Shown here piece after piece: positions 13,111 to 27,125 of a stretch of 64,000 nucleotides of DNA (the first letter of the stretch is position 1; each line of letters begins with the position of its first letter). Below the pieces are notes generated by a model. It was not told where the DNA came from and made no database searches. It worked only from the letters and a program-made list of their open reading frames with translations. Location of the stretch: assembly GCA_051294375.1 (NCBI GenBank), contig CM119264.1, forward strand, positions 13,102,813-13,166,812. The letters run 5' to 3'. The position numbers and the translations under genes were made by a program. This DNA comes from Paraspadella gotoi. Taxonomy: Eukaryota > Animalia > Chaetognatha.

Positions 13111-15137
13111 GCCGAGGGAATAGGTTATCCCTAGTGATGACAAAGATCGCAAGTTGAGTTAGATAGGTACGAATTAATCCAGCGTTAATTTTTTATTGCA
13201 TAGTTCCTAGTTGCCATTTCTCTCTCTTTTTTTTTTTGAGTTACTTTATTATTTTACTAATTTATACATAATGCGTCAGATATCATTTAAAATTTTTCGC
13301 TTTGATCGCAAATAAAAAAAAATTCGTCGAAATAACATTTTTACCACCTATTGAGATTTTATGTCGAAAAATAAAAATGCCGAAATTATATAGTTAATGA
13401 AACCGTCAAATCCATTTACTAACAAACCGAGTAGCCAAATTAAATATGTAACCATGTTAAATAGGTAATAATAGTTAAATCTAATACTTATGTGAAATAT
13501 ACTCAACTTCTGTATTCATTTAAAAAATTTTCGTCTATATAGTCTAATATAGTAAAAAAATAATATTGCAATTTTTCATACATATAACAATATACTATTT
13601 TTTTTTAAAGTATGACGATTTTTTTAACGAGTAGTGAGATTTCGATAAACATAACATATATCCAATGGTCCAAACACATAAAATAAAATAAAAATATTTT
13701 CGCGGGAGGGGGGGAGATATAGTTCGATGTGGGGGCGCTTCAAAGGAGATCAGCGCTTTGAAGAGCTCGTTTCGTGACGAGAGTCTGATGAAGAAAAAAA
13801 ACATTTGGGCGAACAAAAGAGCAACGGGGGACGAGATGCGAGACCTCCTGGTGGCGCTACAAAAAGAATAGAAATAGTATATACGGCCAATCGTAATACT
13901 TTCGGATATTAATGCGATTAGGTTACTCATGAATTAATCTTTATAATAGTGATAAAGCACTAAAGTTTGTGAGAAGTTTTCTGGTTTGAAAATGATTAAA
14001 AAAAAAAAAAACTTAAAAGAATCAGTAATTTTGTTCGAAATCCTTAAAATAAATTATTTGTACCTAGTTATAAAATGAATGAAAATTAGGGTAAGACTAA
14101 CTCTTTCTATTCTTGTTCGCTGGAGCAAGTTATTTAAGTTCTAACATTTTCCATTAAGATTAAATATTTAAGAACTTTTCACTGATTTTCTGCGTCGAAT
14201 TTTACAAAGCAAATATATTTCGAAGACCAGAGATATTTTTTGCCCGATCATCGCTTGTCCGACAAACAATCGATGATTGATGCCCGACGACAGGTCTCTC
14301 CGCCCGGTTCTCGGGTTTCGTCGAGACGAGCTTCTTGCCCCCAGACCTGATATGATCCAGCCCGCCCCTTACAGTTCGTGCCCTACTGGAACCCTGTTTC
14401 TAGAAACTTTTAGCAACAATTTACTGCTTATCCTGCGGCGGATGTCATTTAGGCCTCCCTCGTTGCAGCACCGCCGCATCTGGGCTGTTCCATGGGCTTA
14501 AGTGTCTCTGCCCTCTCGATGCTCTCTCTGCCCGATGAGGTCGGACTCCGGATCGCGAGCTCAAGTCAAAATCGATCATGAAAGATTCGTTCAGAAAAGG
14601 AAAAACAGGAGTTTTTAAAGTGACAGTTTTCGAGTTATAAAAAAATAAAAGATAAAAAACTACGAGTGCGGATGAAAATGATAGATAAAACTTAGAAATG
14701 AAAACAAAAACAAATATTAAAAATAACGCTATAAAAGTTTATAAATTAAAAATTAAAAAAAAAGGGAAAATAAATATAAAATAAAACTTCGAATCTGGAA
14801 AAGCTCGAATTTCGAAGTCGCGAAAATTCGTGAGTCGTGACGGCGGGATATTTCAGCTGTTTTCTTCGTATTCTTCTTCGGCGTCGTCGTGTTCTTTATC
14901 TTCGTATTTTTTGTTAAATTATATCGTCATTAGGACTTTTTATTCCTAATCGTCCTTGTACTAGAGTTCTATTGTGTTCCCCACAGCAGGTCGATATCTT
15001 CAATTTTATTGACTTACGTACATTTGTAATTACAAACTTCTTCGTCATCGTCATCGTCATCGTCGTCGTCATCGTCGTCGTCAAATTCTCTTCTACTACG
15101 TCATGAAGTCGCCCCACGACATTCCCTGAGACTGATT

Positions 15138-15183
<46 letters not shown>

Positions 15184-16079
15184 ACTTTTCTCTATCCGAA
15201 TCCCAAAATTTATCGTAAATTTTGTCTTTGATTAAAAAAAAAAGAAATCACGAATTAAATTGCATTCGATAAATTCTTACGATCTATGACGAAAACGAAT
15301 GAAAAAAAAAACTTTTAATTAAATTAAAAATGAAGTTAAAAGTTAATCACCTTAAGCCAATTAGGGCGATTCTTTTCGTCATCACTTGGGGGGGAAAGAA
15401 AAGAAAAACCAAGGGCAAGGGAGAGAATCAAACAAAAAAAAAGTTTTTAAAAGAAAAGAAAAAATCCAGAATCTCGTCGCTTTCAAACTAGTTTATCACT
15501 TCTTTGCTCTCTTTCCGCTTTTCTTTTTCACAGGGAATTCCTTTCCTACTTCCGCTTCTACCTCCCGCTTCCACTTTCGCTTCCGCTGCTCGTCTCGCTT
15601 CCGCACTTGTTTCTCCTCGCATCTTTAACCCATCATCATCGTCTCCGCGCCAGCCGATCGTCAACCAAAGGTCGTTATGAGACGTAAACCGGAAGTCGTT
15701 ACCCGACGTCGACGTCAATTCCGCTTCGCGTCCCAAAAATTGCGAATTTTGCGTAATTTTTTTTTCCTTTCAGAGAAGAAGAATTTGATATAAAAAAAAA
15801 AACAACTCTCTGTACCGTATAAGTTGACAAGGAAACGTTACCAACGTTACCAATGTTACCAACGTTACCAACGCTCAATCTTCTATACTCGCCCTGATAG
15901 ACGTCGTCCCGCGTTAACGGAACTTAATCAGCCTTCAAAACCGGAAGTGGTTCGTCGCCTATCGGAGTCAAACCGGAACTCGTTATCCGGCGCGACGACC
16001 GACGCCGGAGGTGGGGGAGGCCGAGCTGCGGCGTCGTCGTTGCAGACTTAATCGACGAAACGCGTGACTAAGAAAAACC

Positions 16080-16135
<56 letters not shown>

Positions 16136-17491
16136 AGAGGAGAGAGAGATTCTTTAAAGGCAACAGGGAGAAGAAATAAAAGCTGCGCCGTAAAGAAACA
16201 AACAGAAAATATTTTCTAAAAAAAAAAAAAAAAAAAAAAACACCCACAGAAACAAAACTATAAAACAAAAACATGTCAGAGGAAGAAGAAGCGATTCGAC
16301 AGAAGGAGAGGAGATAGAAGAGGGTGGAGAAGGAGATGAAGAAGTAGAAGGGGAGGGAGAAGAAGAAAAAGAAGATGAAGCAGCGGAGATGCAACGACCT
16401 CTGGCGATTCTTCTCTTCGAACTTGAATTGGCCATCTTCGGAAAACTGCTCGAGGAGATGCAGGTCGGTCATTTCTGGGGGATTGGGGATTGGGGATTGG
16501 GGAAGGATAAAAATTTTGGGGATAAGATTTGTGGTTATGGGGATGAACCACGTTTCCAAGTCACGAGTCAGAAGGTGGGAAAGGTTGGTTTTAAAAAAGG
16601 GGGGGGTTCAGGAACGTCCGCGGTTTTGGGAAATAAAAGCCCTGAGTCTATTATCGTTGATGTGATGGCAGAAAATAAGCAGAGGATGAGAGAAAAATAT
16701 CCACGGACGCTGCTGGTTTGCCCGGCGGTGCATTCCTGGATGTTTATCAGCCTTACCCGTTTGGATATTTGAGGATCCTCCATTCTAAGAGGGTGAACTT
16801 TGAATGAGAGAAGATGGTTAATGGTTAATGGTTAATGGTTAATCCTCGGACCTCACGACTCTTTTTCTCTCGGACGCGAAAAAAAAGAAAACGAGTGGAT
16901 TTTCCCGATTTTCCCGATTAAATTCGAGCTTGACTCTCGGCTCTTTCCAAGTTCCAAAGAAATTAAAAACCGCAGCTGGCTCCTTCTTCACATCGGATTT
17001 ATTGCGCTCCATAAATGTTAGGCATTGGCCTGAAAATTTGATAAGTCTAAAATAAGATCGGCCCTCCAACGATTATAAAATATTTTCGCCACTGCCCCCT
17101 TTTAAGTATCTTCCGCGTTGACGTGAGGTCGTAAACAAAAAAGCAAAACAGAAAATAAAAACGAGCTCAGATGCAACCGAACTCGACAGTTAAAATGTCT
17201 TCGATGTACATAAATGTTTCGTTTTTAAAGCTCAGCCGCGAGTTGTGCGCAGTCAAGCTTTTCCTCCGCGGCTTAACATTGTCTCTTCCATCTACCACGA
17301 AAGACCGTGGGAGATTTTGTTTCCATTACTCTTTTTTTTTTTTGGTCGAAAAAAAAAGTTCAGTGGTCCGCTCTAAGGAGATACTGTGTGCGCATAAACC
17401 CAATCTGCGCGCACAAACGTAGTTGCGTGCGACGTCTTGTTTTTCCGACCTCCGCCTTTTCGTTTTTGCTCTTTGACCCCAGAGTATCCAC

Positions 17492-17915
17492 GAGAAGAAA
17501 GGAGAAAAAATAGAAAATGGGGAGAGAAGCAAAAATAAAGATAAAAAAAGGGAAAAGATATGAAAGAAAAAAAGAAAAAAAAGAAAGAAAGCAAGCACTT
17601 AAAAGGAAAATACGAGGAAAGGGGCGAAAAAACGGAAAGAAATGAGAGGAAAAGAAGAACAAAAAAGGAAAGATAAAATCGAAACGAAAAGGAACGAAAA
17701 AGAAAGAAATCGGAAAGAAAGGAAAAAAAAATTCAAATGAAATAAAAGGAAAGGAAAGAAAAGGAAAGGAAAAAAAAGGAAGGGAAATCTGAGTAAAAGA
17801 AAGAAAAGAAAAGAGAAAAATAATAAGGGGAAAAAAGAAAGGAAAAGAAAAAAAAAGAAAAAATAAGAAAAGAAAAAAAAAGAAGAAATTGAAAGAAAAG
17901 AAAAAGAAAGGAAAG
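17492..17915. repeat. A-rich polypurine low-complexity tract
   Basis: Mixed AAAG/AAAAG/GGAAA repeats. Confidence 0.85.
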
Positions 17916-17926
17916 GTTCTCAAAGA

Positions 17927-18653
17927 AATAATCCATTTCTTCTAAATCGTCAGGGAAACGACGGGCGTTCGATCGACTACGACAACGACGACGACGAAGA
18001 AAAAACGAGACGACTTCAGCGACGACGCCCTTCGGATTCGTCATCGGCTTCTGGCTCGCCTCTCGTGTGGGTGAGTTGACGGCAGAGTAGCAGTTTGGTC
18101 AGTTGGGTTAGTAGCATTTTTTGTTACATTTGTTTGGCGTATCAAAATCAATGTTCAGTTTACCTGAGTATCCGTTAGGTAATTTGTTTAAAATCAATTC
18201 GTAAAATGTACAAAGTCAATTTTCTGCTTACTTTTGCTTTCGAAATGGACATCTCTTTATCCCCTTACCCTCTTTTCCTCTTTCCCCTTACCCTCTCTCC
18301 CCTTGCCCTCTTTCCCCTTGCCCTCTTTCCCCTTACCCTCTTCCCCTTTACCCTCTTCCCCTTTACCCTCTTCCCCTTTACCCTCTTCCCCCTCCAAGGT
18401 TTCCCCCGATCCTCTCTTCGCCTCCACTCTTCGACGATCTCGTCGATCCAACCTCCGCGCGGCGTCCGACGACGGCGCCGCCATCAACGGCGTCGACCTC
18501 GTCAACGGCTTCGAAAGCGCCGCCACTTCCGTCGGCGCCGAGGAGGTGGCGTTGACGGTGGACGGCGTCGCGACGACGGCGCCCCTCAACGCCGTTTTTC
18601 ACGCGGCCAAACTTGACGCGGAGAAGATTTTGTTGTCGTTGTACCGGAAATGA
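17927..18653 (+). CDS. Possible 3' part of an unknown gene (two exons)
   Basis: An open frame ...DYDNDDDEEKTRRLQRRRPSDSSSASGSPLVW ends at TGG|GTGAGT (~18070). A long polypyrimidine tract and AAG| then precede an in-phase GC-rich exon from 18399 (VSPDPLFASTLRR...AKLDAEKILLSLYRK*). No recognisable domain. Confidence 0.3.
18258..18392. repeat. 15-bp pyrimidine minisatellite (TTCCCCTTTACCCTC)n
   Basis: About nine imperfect 15-bp units directly upstream of a candidate splice acceptor. Confidence 0.85.
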
Positions 18654-19619
18654 TCCAGTTGCCCGATGAGTGGAGGATTTTACGTCCAACTTCATTCCCA
18701 TATGTTGTCCCGCTCCTTTGCTCTCTTCCCCAAAAACAGCTCCCGCCATTTTTCCCCAACTTTCTAGTCCACGACTGTCCGGTCCTGTCCCGATCTGCGC
18801 CCATCTGGCCACGTCCGCCCCCGACTGCCGACGACGCCCGTAATCGTCCTTTTCGAGGTTTTTTGTTCTTCTGTTTTTTTTCTTCAAAAAAAAGTATCTT
18901 TGTTTTCCTATTTTTGTAGAATTGAATTAGTAACAGGCTGGCGTTTCGGTCTTAGCACCAATTCGTGAGTGAAGGCTCTCCTTCGATTTATTGTTTTTTA
19001 CACGGGTTTTCGTTTGTTTGAATATAAAACATCGGCAAAAAAAATCATATGCCTGCCTTCAAATTTGTAGTATTTTGTGAATTAAATGACGGAATTACTT
19101 TTAATACTAGTTTCATTTAATTGAATTTTAAGGAAAAATATTTTTTACCTGTTTCCGATGATCCATTTACAATTTAAGTAAAAAAAAAATTAATTACAAT
19201 TGAGAAAGATTCAATAGTAATCTAAAATCGTTTGTTGTAAGGACATCGCAAGCACAGGTTATTCAAAATTTGAATAAAGAGTCTTTGTAATTCGTAATTG
19301 AACTGCCTTGTATAATGATTCCGCTATGTGAATTGAAATTATTGGCAAAAAATAAATGCACTAGTAATACCCACAAAGACTCTTTTTTTAAATAATCTAA
19401 AATCGATACTTAATGCGATTATAAGCTGCCGTTCGTTATATCCTAATCGTTATCGTTGTTGGCACCTTGGCAAACCGACTTAGAGAATACGTGTCATTAG
19501 TTTTTGTTTTGTCAGCTGATGGGAACAACACGTTTATTGTTGCATAAAAAACACATTCTCATTGTTTAGTGCAAAACAAAAAAGAGATGGAGAGGCAGAG
19601 AAAGAAAAAGAGAGAAAGG

Positions 19620-19677
<58 letters not shown>

Positions 19678-22095
19678 AATAACTTTTCCTCATTTCTAAA
19701 CCCTAAAATGATCAGAGTTTTCCACGAAGTCGAATAAAAGAATAACAAAAATAGTACAGGTCCGGGTACAGGCAGTTGGCTTAAGAGAGTTATTGTAAGC
19801 GTTATGGGTGGTTTGACGCATTTCGGTGGGAGACGGAAAGCCGACGACTTTTTGGTTGATGTTAATGTTATGGCTGGTGACGTTATCGTCGTCATGGGAG
19901 ATGACGTTAATGTCTCCGTTGGCGTCGGAGGCGGATTAGCGTCGGATGGCAATTTTGGCGACGATAAAAAAACCCACGTTTGTCAGGGAAGCAAGCAGAC
20001 GAAATTTCTTTGGTCATGCGATAATGTGGAGGAAGGATTATACTCAATCGCTAGATTACCAGTGAACACTTTTATCTAATTGTTCGCAAAAGGTCTCAAA
20101 CGTTTCAGGAAAACTTCCTCTGAGCCTAAGTTAAACCTAAGTCAGGAAGTATTCCGGCATTGATGTGAGTAGACCCGAGAAAGCCTCAACGAGGACTGCA
20201 GTGGGGGATGCGTTATTGAAAAAAACAAACATTGCAATGAAATCTTTGTTGGCGATATTTAAAAAAATTGCGTAATATTAACGTTAAAAATATGATTTAA
20301 TAAACACTATTGCGAAGCAATTGGCATTTAACTAAATTGTATACCATTTACGCGAAACGACGTACGAGACAGGAAGATCGTGATTGGCCGAGAGTCAGAA
20401 TTTACTTCCCCCCCAGGGGAAAAGGGGAGCGTGAAGATTTCTTCGCAACATCCGAAGCGATTTGTAATTTGCGGCGAGATCAAAGGAGCAGCCGTTCCGA
20501 GTCGCGTGACCTTTCACGAGGAAATCACGTGGGAAGAGGTTAGTTCCATCTTTTTGCTCAGAATGGAGAAGGGGAGGGCGGTCGGGCAGCGGTTATGAGA
20601 GGCAGATCGGAAATGGGGGGAGGGTTAGAAGATGAGGGGAGGCGTTGTTCGGTCAGAGAGAGAGAGAGAGAGAAAAAAAAAGTTACGACTTTTGCGTGGG
20701 TCGAGTCGGGAAGACTCGGACGCCTTTGGAGAGGCCTTCGCGTTTTACACTCCGAAAGTTTTAGTTTTATTGATCGAGACTCGAGCGGAGTCGAGATGAA
20801 ATTCCATCCGGATTAGGATGAGACATTCTGCTAGCGCGAGTCGAGACGGCGTACGATGCCCCAATCGATCGCCGGAGCCAACGACTGGGTCAAGATGCCT
20901 GCAGAGAAAAGCCAGAGATTTTGACTACTCTGGGCGGGCGAATGCGCCGAAGTCGGCGGTGGCACTTGGCACAGCTACCACGCCCAGACGCTCTAATCGA
21001 AGGAGCGGAGATCTTTCGTCTTTATCCCTCAATCGAGGGGGGGAGGATGAAAAAAAGGGGGGAGTAGAAAAGGGAAGTGAAGGAGGAGGAGGAGGAGGAG
21101 GGGGATGGCCTAATCGTATTTTCTTTTTTCTCTCAGCTTTCTTATTTTTATTCTTCTTCTTCTTCTTCTTCTTTTTTGGTTTTCTCTCGCGATTTCTTTA
21201 TTTATTTTATCTTCTTTTCTAAAGTTACTATCAATTTTTTCTATCCTTTTGCCTTTTTTTTTAATCTTTTCAATCATTCATTCCGTATCTCTCTTATTTT
21301 CTAGATTCTTCCTATTTTTTTTTCTTCTCTCCATCTTTCATTCTCTCTTTTCACTTCGTTTTCTTTTATTTTTTTTTTTTTCCTTTTCATTTCTTGTCTC
21401 ATCATCGCCGACGGATGAAAGCAGCGTTGGAGGAAACCCGTTACCATGGTAACGACGCGGGTCGATGGGCGAGGGTTGGCCGCCCCAACGGGCTGCGTCG
21501 GAGGGCTGAGTCGGCCCCGCCGCGTGGGGGCGGAAACGGCGATGAGCTGCGTCGATAGTAACAAGTGCTATTAAAATTTACGCTGTTTTCTACATATTTA
21601 GGCTTCCCGCAGTCTAAATTATATTACTTTCATTTTTTCTCGTATTTTTCTGGTTATCTATTTATTTTCAATGCGATTGTCTAGATTCTAGATTCTAGAA
21701 GAAAGAGAGACAGGCAACTGAAAGACGAAAATAAAAAAAAAGAGTAACAATTAACAATTAAAAAAAAAAATAACAATAAAATTATAAAACTCTATAGTTT
21801 TAATTACGGAATGATCTTTAAATTGGCGTAATCAAGCTGTTCCCGAAAGCTTCACCCAGGTTCGACTTTGGGCAACGACTGCATCTTCGGATCCTCCGTT
21901 CTTTCCTCGGCGTTGAAAGAAGTTGCGCCGGCGCAATACGTCGGCAAAATGTGCCGACTGGCGTCGAAATTACGCGTCGGCGTCGGAGGATTTAGCGTCG
22001 CCGGGGAAGCGACGGCCTCGTCGCCGCCGCCGCCGAGCCTGGCGGAGGGGAAGCCTCATAGTACAGAGTGAATAAACGAAACGACGTCCCTCTCG

Positions 22096-22131
22096 TGACG
22101 TCATAATGACGTCATAATGACGTCTATAAAA
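22096..22131 (+). promoter_or_regulatory. Triple CRE-like array abutting a TATA box
   Basis: TGACGTCA at 22096 and 22107, TGACGTCT at 22118 (11-bp spacing), then TATAAAA at 22125-22131. Confidence 0.45.
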
Positions 22132-22822
22132 CCGCCGACCCAGAGTTAGGGAGTGGGATGGGCGAAGTCAGGATGGGGATTCAGGAAATGGTGGGAAGAG
22201 ATAGAAATGAGTGTGAGTTAAGTGCGGAAGGATTGGGGTAAGTAAATGAAAACTGGTAGAGAGAAGAAGTTAAAGGTGTAAAAGTGTGAGGGTGGATTGT
22301 AAAAAGAGAAAATAGAGGACCAAGAAAGGAGAGATAGAAGATGAGAAACAGAAAAGAGAACGAGGAACCAAAGTGCGAATAAACAAAAGTCAAAAGGAAA
22401 TTCTAAACTTGGCTCTCGAATTATCCCGGTCTCTCACTAATTTAGATTTAACCGGCTTATTTGAAAAGGGATTCTGACGCAAACAAAAGACCATTTTCCT
22501 CTGGGCGTGAACACGATAAGAACGAACGACTTGGTTTTTTTACGAAGATAATAAGACTATGTTGAAATATCTATTTATTTTATAAAACAATGATTAATCA
22601 TTATCCTAATTTTAAAAATGTTTCCTTTTTTTTTACTTAATAATGGCAAACTAAAAAAAATCTAATCTAAATCACTGCGACTTGTACGTATATTTCGTTC
22701 CCGAGATTTTTGTTTTCTTTGCTGATCGAAAAATTTGATTCAATCATCCGTAATGCGCGAGTAAACATTTCGCTTAAACGCGTCGATCGAATGGCGACTG
22801 TAGTGGAACGAAATATAAACTC

Positions 22823-23174
22823 TTTTTTAGTTGCGGACCAACTATATAAGTCACTTTTCGGTCGGTCTGTCGGTTGGTCGGTCGGTCCGTCGGTATGTCG
22901 TCAGTCGGTCTGTCCCACTTACATTAAAAATGCATATAATTTGGTCATTTGTTAAGACAGAAAAAACCTCAAATCCAAGTGACTGCTATCGCCGCCTTCA
23001 GGAAATCCTAAAACTATTAGGAATAAAAGACGGAATTTTGATGCATTGCATGTTATAAATACATGGAATAAAAAAGTTTTTTAATCATGTCATGTCATCT
23101 CATAGGATCAAAAGGAAATATACGTGAAAATAAAGTTTCTGCGGCGCAACACATTCGATGAATCGATCTTGTTT
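22823..23174 (+). mobile_element. Short HINE/DINE-1-like element (~350 bp)
   Basis: TTTTTAGTTGCG start, (GTCG/GTCT)n microsatellite, CGCAAC subterminal inverted repeat, small hairpin, CTTGTTT end. Homologous to 47334-47700 and 12488-13110. Confidence 0.75.
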
Positions 23175-25657
23175 CAAGATTTTTTTTCTTTGGAAATTTA
23201 TTCCAGAATTTCTTTTTAACAAAGATTCTACGAGAATCTGTGTTCAGCTTCTGCTTAGACAGTCTCTGAAAAACAAAAGACAACAGCTGCCTCCTCCTCC
23301 TCCTCCTCCGCTTTTTTTCCTTTCTTGGTTCTGTTATGATTTCGAGGAATTTTTCCCGACTTCTTTCCCACCCCTGGTCTTCCTCCTCCTCCTCCTCCTT
23401 CTCCTCCTCCTCCTTCTCTTCTCCCTCCTCGTAACTGCCTTGAGCCTCATTTCTTCCAAATTGACCCGGTGACGCAAGACTTCGATGATTACGCCAGAGA
23501 CGACGACGACGACGACGATGACAAAGACGATATAGCCGACAAAGAGGATAGATATCTCTGAGAATAACATTAATGGCTAAAACGATGACAATAAAGTCTT
23601 TGTAGTAATGTTGACAGAAAGACTAAAAACTGATATTACATGAATTGGTCGCAGCAAAAATGTAAATGAGGCCGATAAAAATTATTAAAATGACTCCGTG
23701 CTGTTGATGACGAAGAAGAAAAAGACGTCGACGACGACGACGACGAAAGAGACGACCGCTAGAGTATCTCTGGACTACAGTGGAAATTCTCGTCGCCGAA
23801 AACCGAGTCGACGACGACGACGGCGACGACGACAAAGAGGACGACAACCCCTGGGAGTCAAGATTTTTCGCGAACTAAGCGAATATTTTACGCCTTCGTC
23901 GTCGCTGTGGTGTTAGACTTTCGGGTGGACGCGGTGTAGCGGTGGTGGCGATCTTGGTTGTGGGCAAAGCTAACGCTGAAGCCGGCGCCTGGAGTGACGA
24001 GTTTTAGTGGGCGTGGCAAAGTTAACGCTTGTGTGCCTGCGGCAGCGGTGTATTAATGGCCCAAGAGATATTCTTCGTTTGTTTGTTTTTGTCCGTTATT
24101 TCTTTCTCTGCGAAAAATCGTTGTTTGTAAACGAAATACAAAATTGTTTTCTCTCAAACTAATTCTAAATCGCATCGAAAGAAAGCATTCACACAATGTC
24201 TAGATTAATGTATAATATAAATTAGTTTTTCCAATTTTATTAAGTTGTCAAGATAATCAATATTTGAATAAAGTAATTTCATATTGAACTTTTCCACAGA
24301 GATAAATAAACACAAATAGAAATCAAAGAAAAAAATGACGTGTGGGCGGGATGCGAAGGTCGCCGACGACGACAACGAGGACGACGACGATGACGACGAC
24401 GGAAGGTCGTGATCGGGGTCAACGAAAAGGGCGGGAAGACGAGATTTGCTCGAAAAGGGGGGGGGGCGGAGATGAATCATTCAAAGAAGGGTCATTCTCA
24501 GATGGGTCATCCACAGATGGAATCACAAAGCAAATATTGTTCTTTGTGTCTTAAATTGTGAAAAGCTGTTAGTTCGGTGATCAAATAAGCCCGAACAACC
24601 ATTACACAATATACATTTTACAGTCCTGAAAAAAAAAAGAGAGACCACCCTATAACATTAAAAAAATAAATCACCTAAGATAGCTTTATTATCAAAGATA
24701 TGATAGCTCAAGGATATTTATGGTAAAATGAACTATCGCTCTTGAATGGTAGGACTGATTTTCTTTTCACGTATGGATTTCCCTTTTAAAAATCTACATT
24801 TACCATTCATAATTTTTTATAACGGATTTCTAAAACGTGCGAAATTTAAGATTTAAGAGTTGCTTCTTTTTTGTGATTACAGTGATGGTCTTTTTTTATA
24901 GTTTTTTATAGACGCTCAGTGAGGCCGACGTCGGAATAACCAACGGTGAAGCTTATGATTTTAAAATGTTTCATGTACTAATCCGGTAGGCGGAAAAAAA
25001 AGAGGCGGGAGGCGGGAAATGGGAGGCGCCAGACGTGGGAGGCGAGAACAGAGGGGCGAGAGGCGAGAGGCGGAAGGCCGCAGGCAGAGTTGAGACCTCG
25101 AGAGACGGACGATATAGACGGTCGTAAAAATATCGGAATAAAAAAAAGTTTAGGAAAACTAATAGTTTGAAAAAAATTGGCAGAAACATTAGCTTCTCGG
25201 TCGTCATGGCTACAGTTTTTTTTAGTCGTCGGAAATCATTTAGTCACGTCGGAGTCTTCGTCGACGATTCTGTTTGTTTTTGTCGGGGTGGCCCGTGGCC
25301 CTCATCAGTGTTATTGCTTATGTTCATGTCAAACATAAGATGGCGGAAAAAAATGAGAAATAAAAAAAAGGAAATAATAATGAAAGAAATAAATAAAGAT
25401 CGATGGACAGAAAGAAAGAAAGAAACCAGAAAAAATTCTAACAGAAAGCAAGGTCATCAGAAACGACAGAAGCTATTTCAACGCAACAAAAACGAAATCC
25501 GAAAAAGAAAATAATGGAAAGAAAAAATGAATAAAAAAAAGTTTCTCTCTTTTCATTGGAGGCAGAGAAACTTAATCACTTCGTTCCTCATCACGTCGAG
25601 CCTCTCTCTCTCTGCTCTCTCTCTCTGCCTCTCTCTCTCTGCCTCTCTCTCTCTCTG

Positions 25658-25703
<46 letters not shown>

Positions 25704-27088
25704 TCTCTCTCTTTCATTTTCTCTCATGCATAGATAGAGAATCTTTATTATTTGTGTGTATTTGTATGTAAAGAAAATAACCGGCAGAGAGGTCCCGACC
25801 TCCAGAGCAGAAGTTTTGTGGGTAGAAAAATGGGGGGAAAAAAAGAAGAAAGATGGTCGGTGGAGGAAGAAAACGAGCGACGGGGAGCTTCTACACGAAA
25901 AGAGATATAAAGCAAATTGGGATAGAAAGAAATTGGGAAAAATAGGAAAGAGTAAAAGCGAATAAACGGAGGGACAAACTTGAGAAGGCTATAGGAAGAA
26001 GGAGGAAAGGGGCCAAGGGGGGGGTGGGGTGAAGAAATCGGACGGAAACCGTTAAAATCGCATTACACGCTGATTCGTTTTCGCCGTTGTAATGGAATGG
26101 GTAGATTTAGATGAGGGTAAACGGGGCGAGTTCGATGGAGGGAAAAGGGAAGAAAAAGGGATGGCGATATCTGACTGCGGATCCGAGAACAAGGAATGAA
26201 GAGGGTCAAAGACAGAGACACCAAGGTTCGATGGGACGAAGAAGCAAGTGAGGCAAATGGACGAGGATGGGAAAAGACGATGGCTCGTTGCTTCTCTGGC
26301 AGGAATCCAGTTCGAGGTGAAGGAGAATCGCAGAGTCGGTGAACTTTGGGGAGAAGAGAGTGATAGAGAGGGAAAATGGGGCAGAGTGTCCACGGGGAAA
26401 ATTAGACTGTGAAACGGAGAGTGGATAGAATTTGGACTTTTGTGGAAGATACTGAATTTGTGGCTGAGACTGCACCGCGGAGAATGGGATCGAGGTTTAA
26501 CGCATCGCAGCATTAAGTGAGGTTTTCGATCCAGATTTTCTCCTTTGAAATAAATCCAATTCGACTTTGACAATTACAAAATTTAAAATAAATTGGTAAT
26601 TCAAGTCTGTGTAATGCCTATTTTTTTTAAATATTTGTATAAAATAAATTACGGATAAACGATTCCATCGACTCGCGTTAAACTCATCTGCGCCATCTAC
26701 TATATTTTTTAACCTTTAAACTTTATTTTCATTTTTAGAATTATCCTTTTTGTTCATGCATAAAATTTCTCACCAATGAGCAATGACATTGAAAGAATAA
26801 ACTTTGAACATGCAGTTTTAAAACTGTATAGTAATTCTTCATTCATCTTTCCTTTCATCAGAATCCAGAAACAGATGAGTCCGCCTTTTACAAAAAGAAT
26901 TCAGATTCTGCCCGGGGAAAAAAAAATTTAAAAGGAAAACATTAAAAGAAGAAAAAAGAAAAAAAAGATGAATAAAAAAGTCTATGAAAAAAAAATAATG
27001 ATAATAATGGGAGAAAAAGAAAGCGGAGGTTTTAAAAAGCGATTATCATATATCGGTTTCTCTCTCTGGAAGAAGTTTTTTTTATGCG

Positions 27089-27125
<37 letters not shown>

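Noticed and set aside
14448-14560. Minus-strand peptide AETLKPMEQPRCGG resembling the MMP cysteine switch (PRCGxPD)
   Set aside because: No VPD, stop codons close on both sides, no convincing splice sites and no HExxH catalytic exon nearby; probably chance.
16757-17310. Possible PH-domain-like exons on the - strand
   Set aside because: I could not build a phase-consistent model, and the resemblance is weak.
26052-26573. 173-aa Ser/Pro/His-rich ORF on the - strand
   Set aside because: No recognisable domain or splice support; composition reflects a purine-skewed region.
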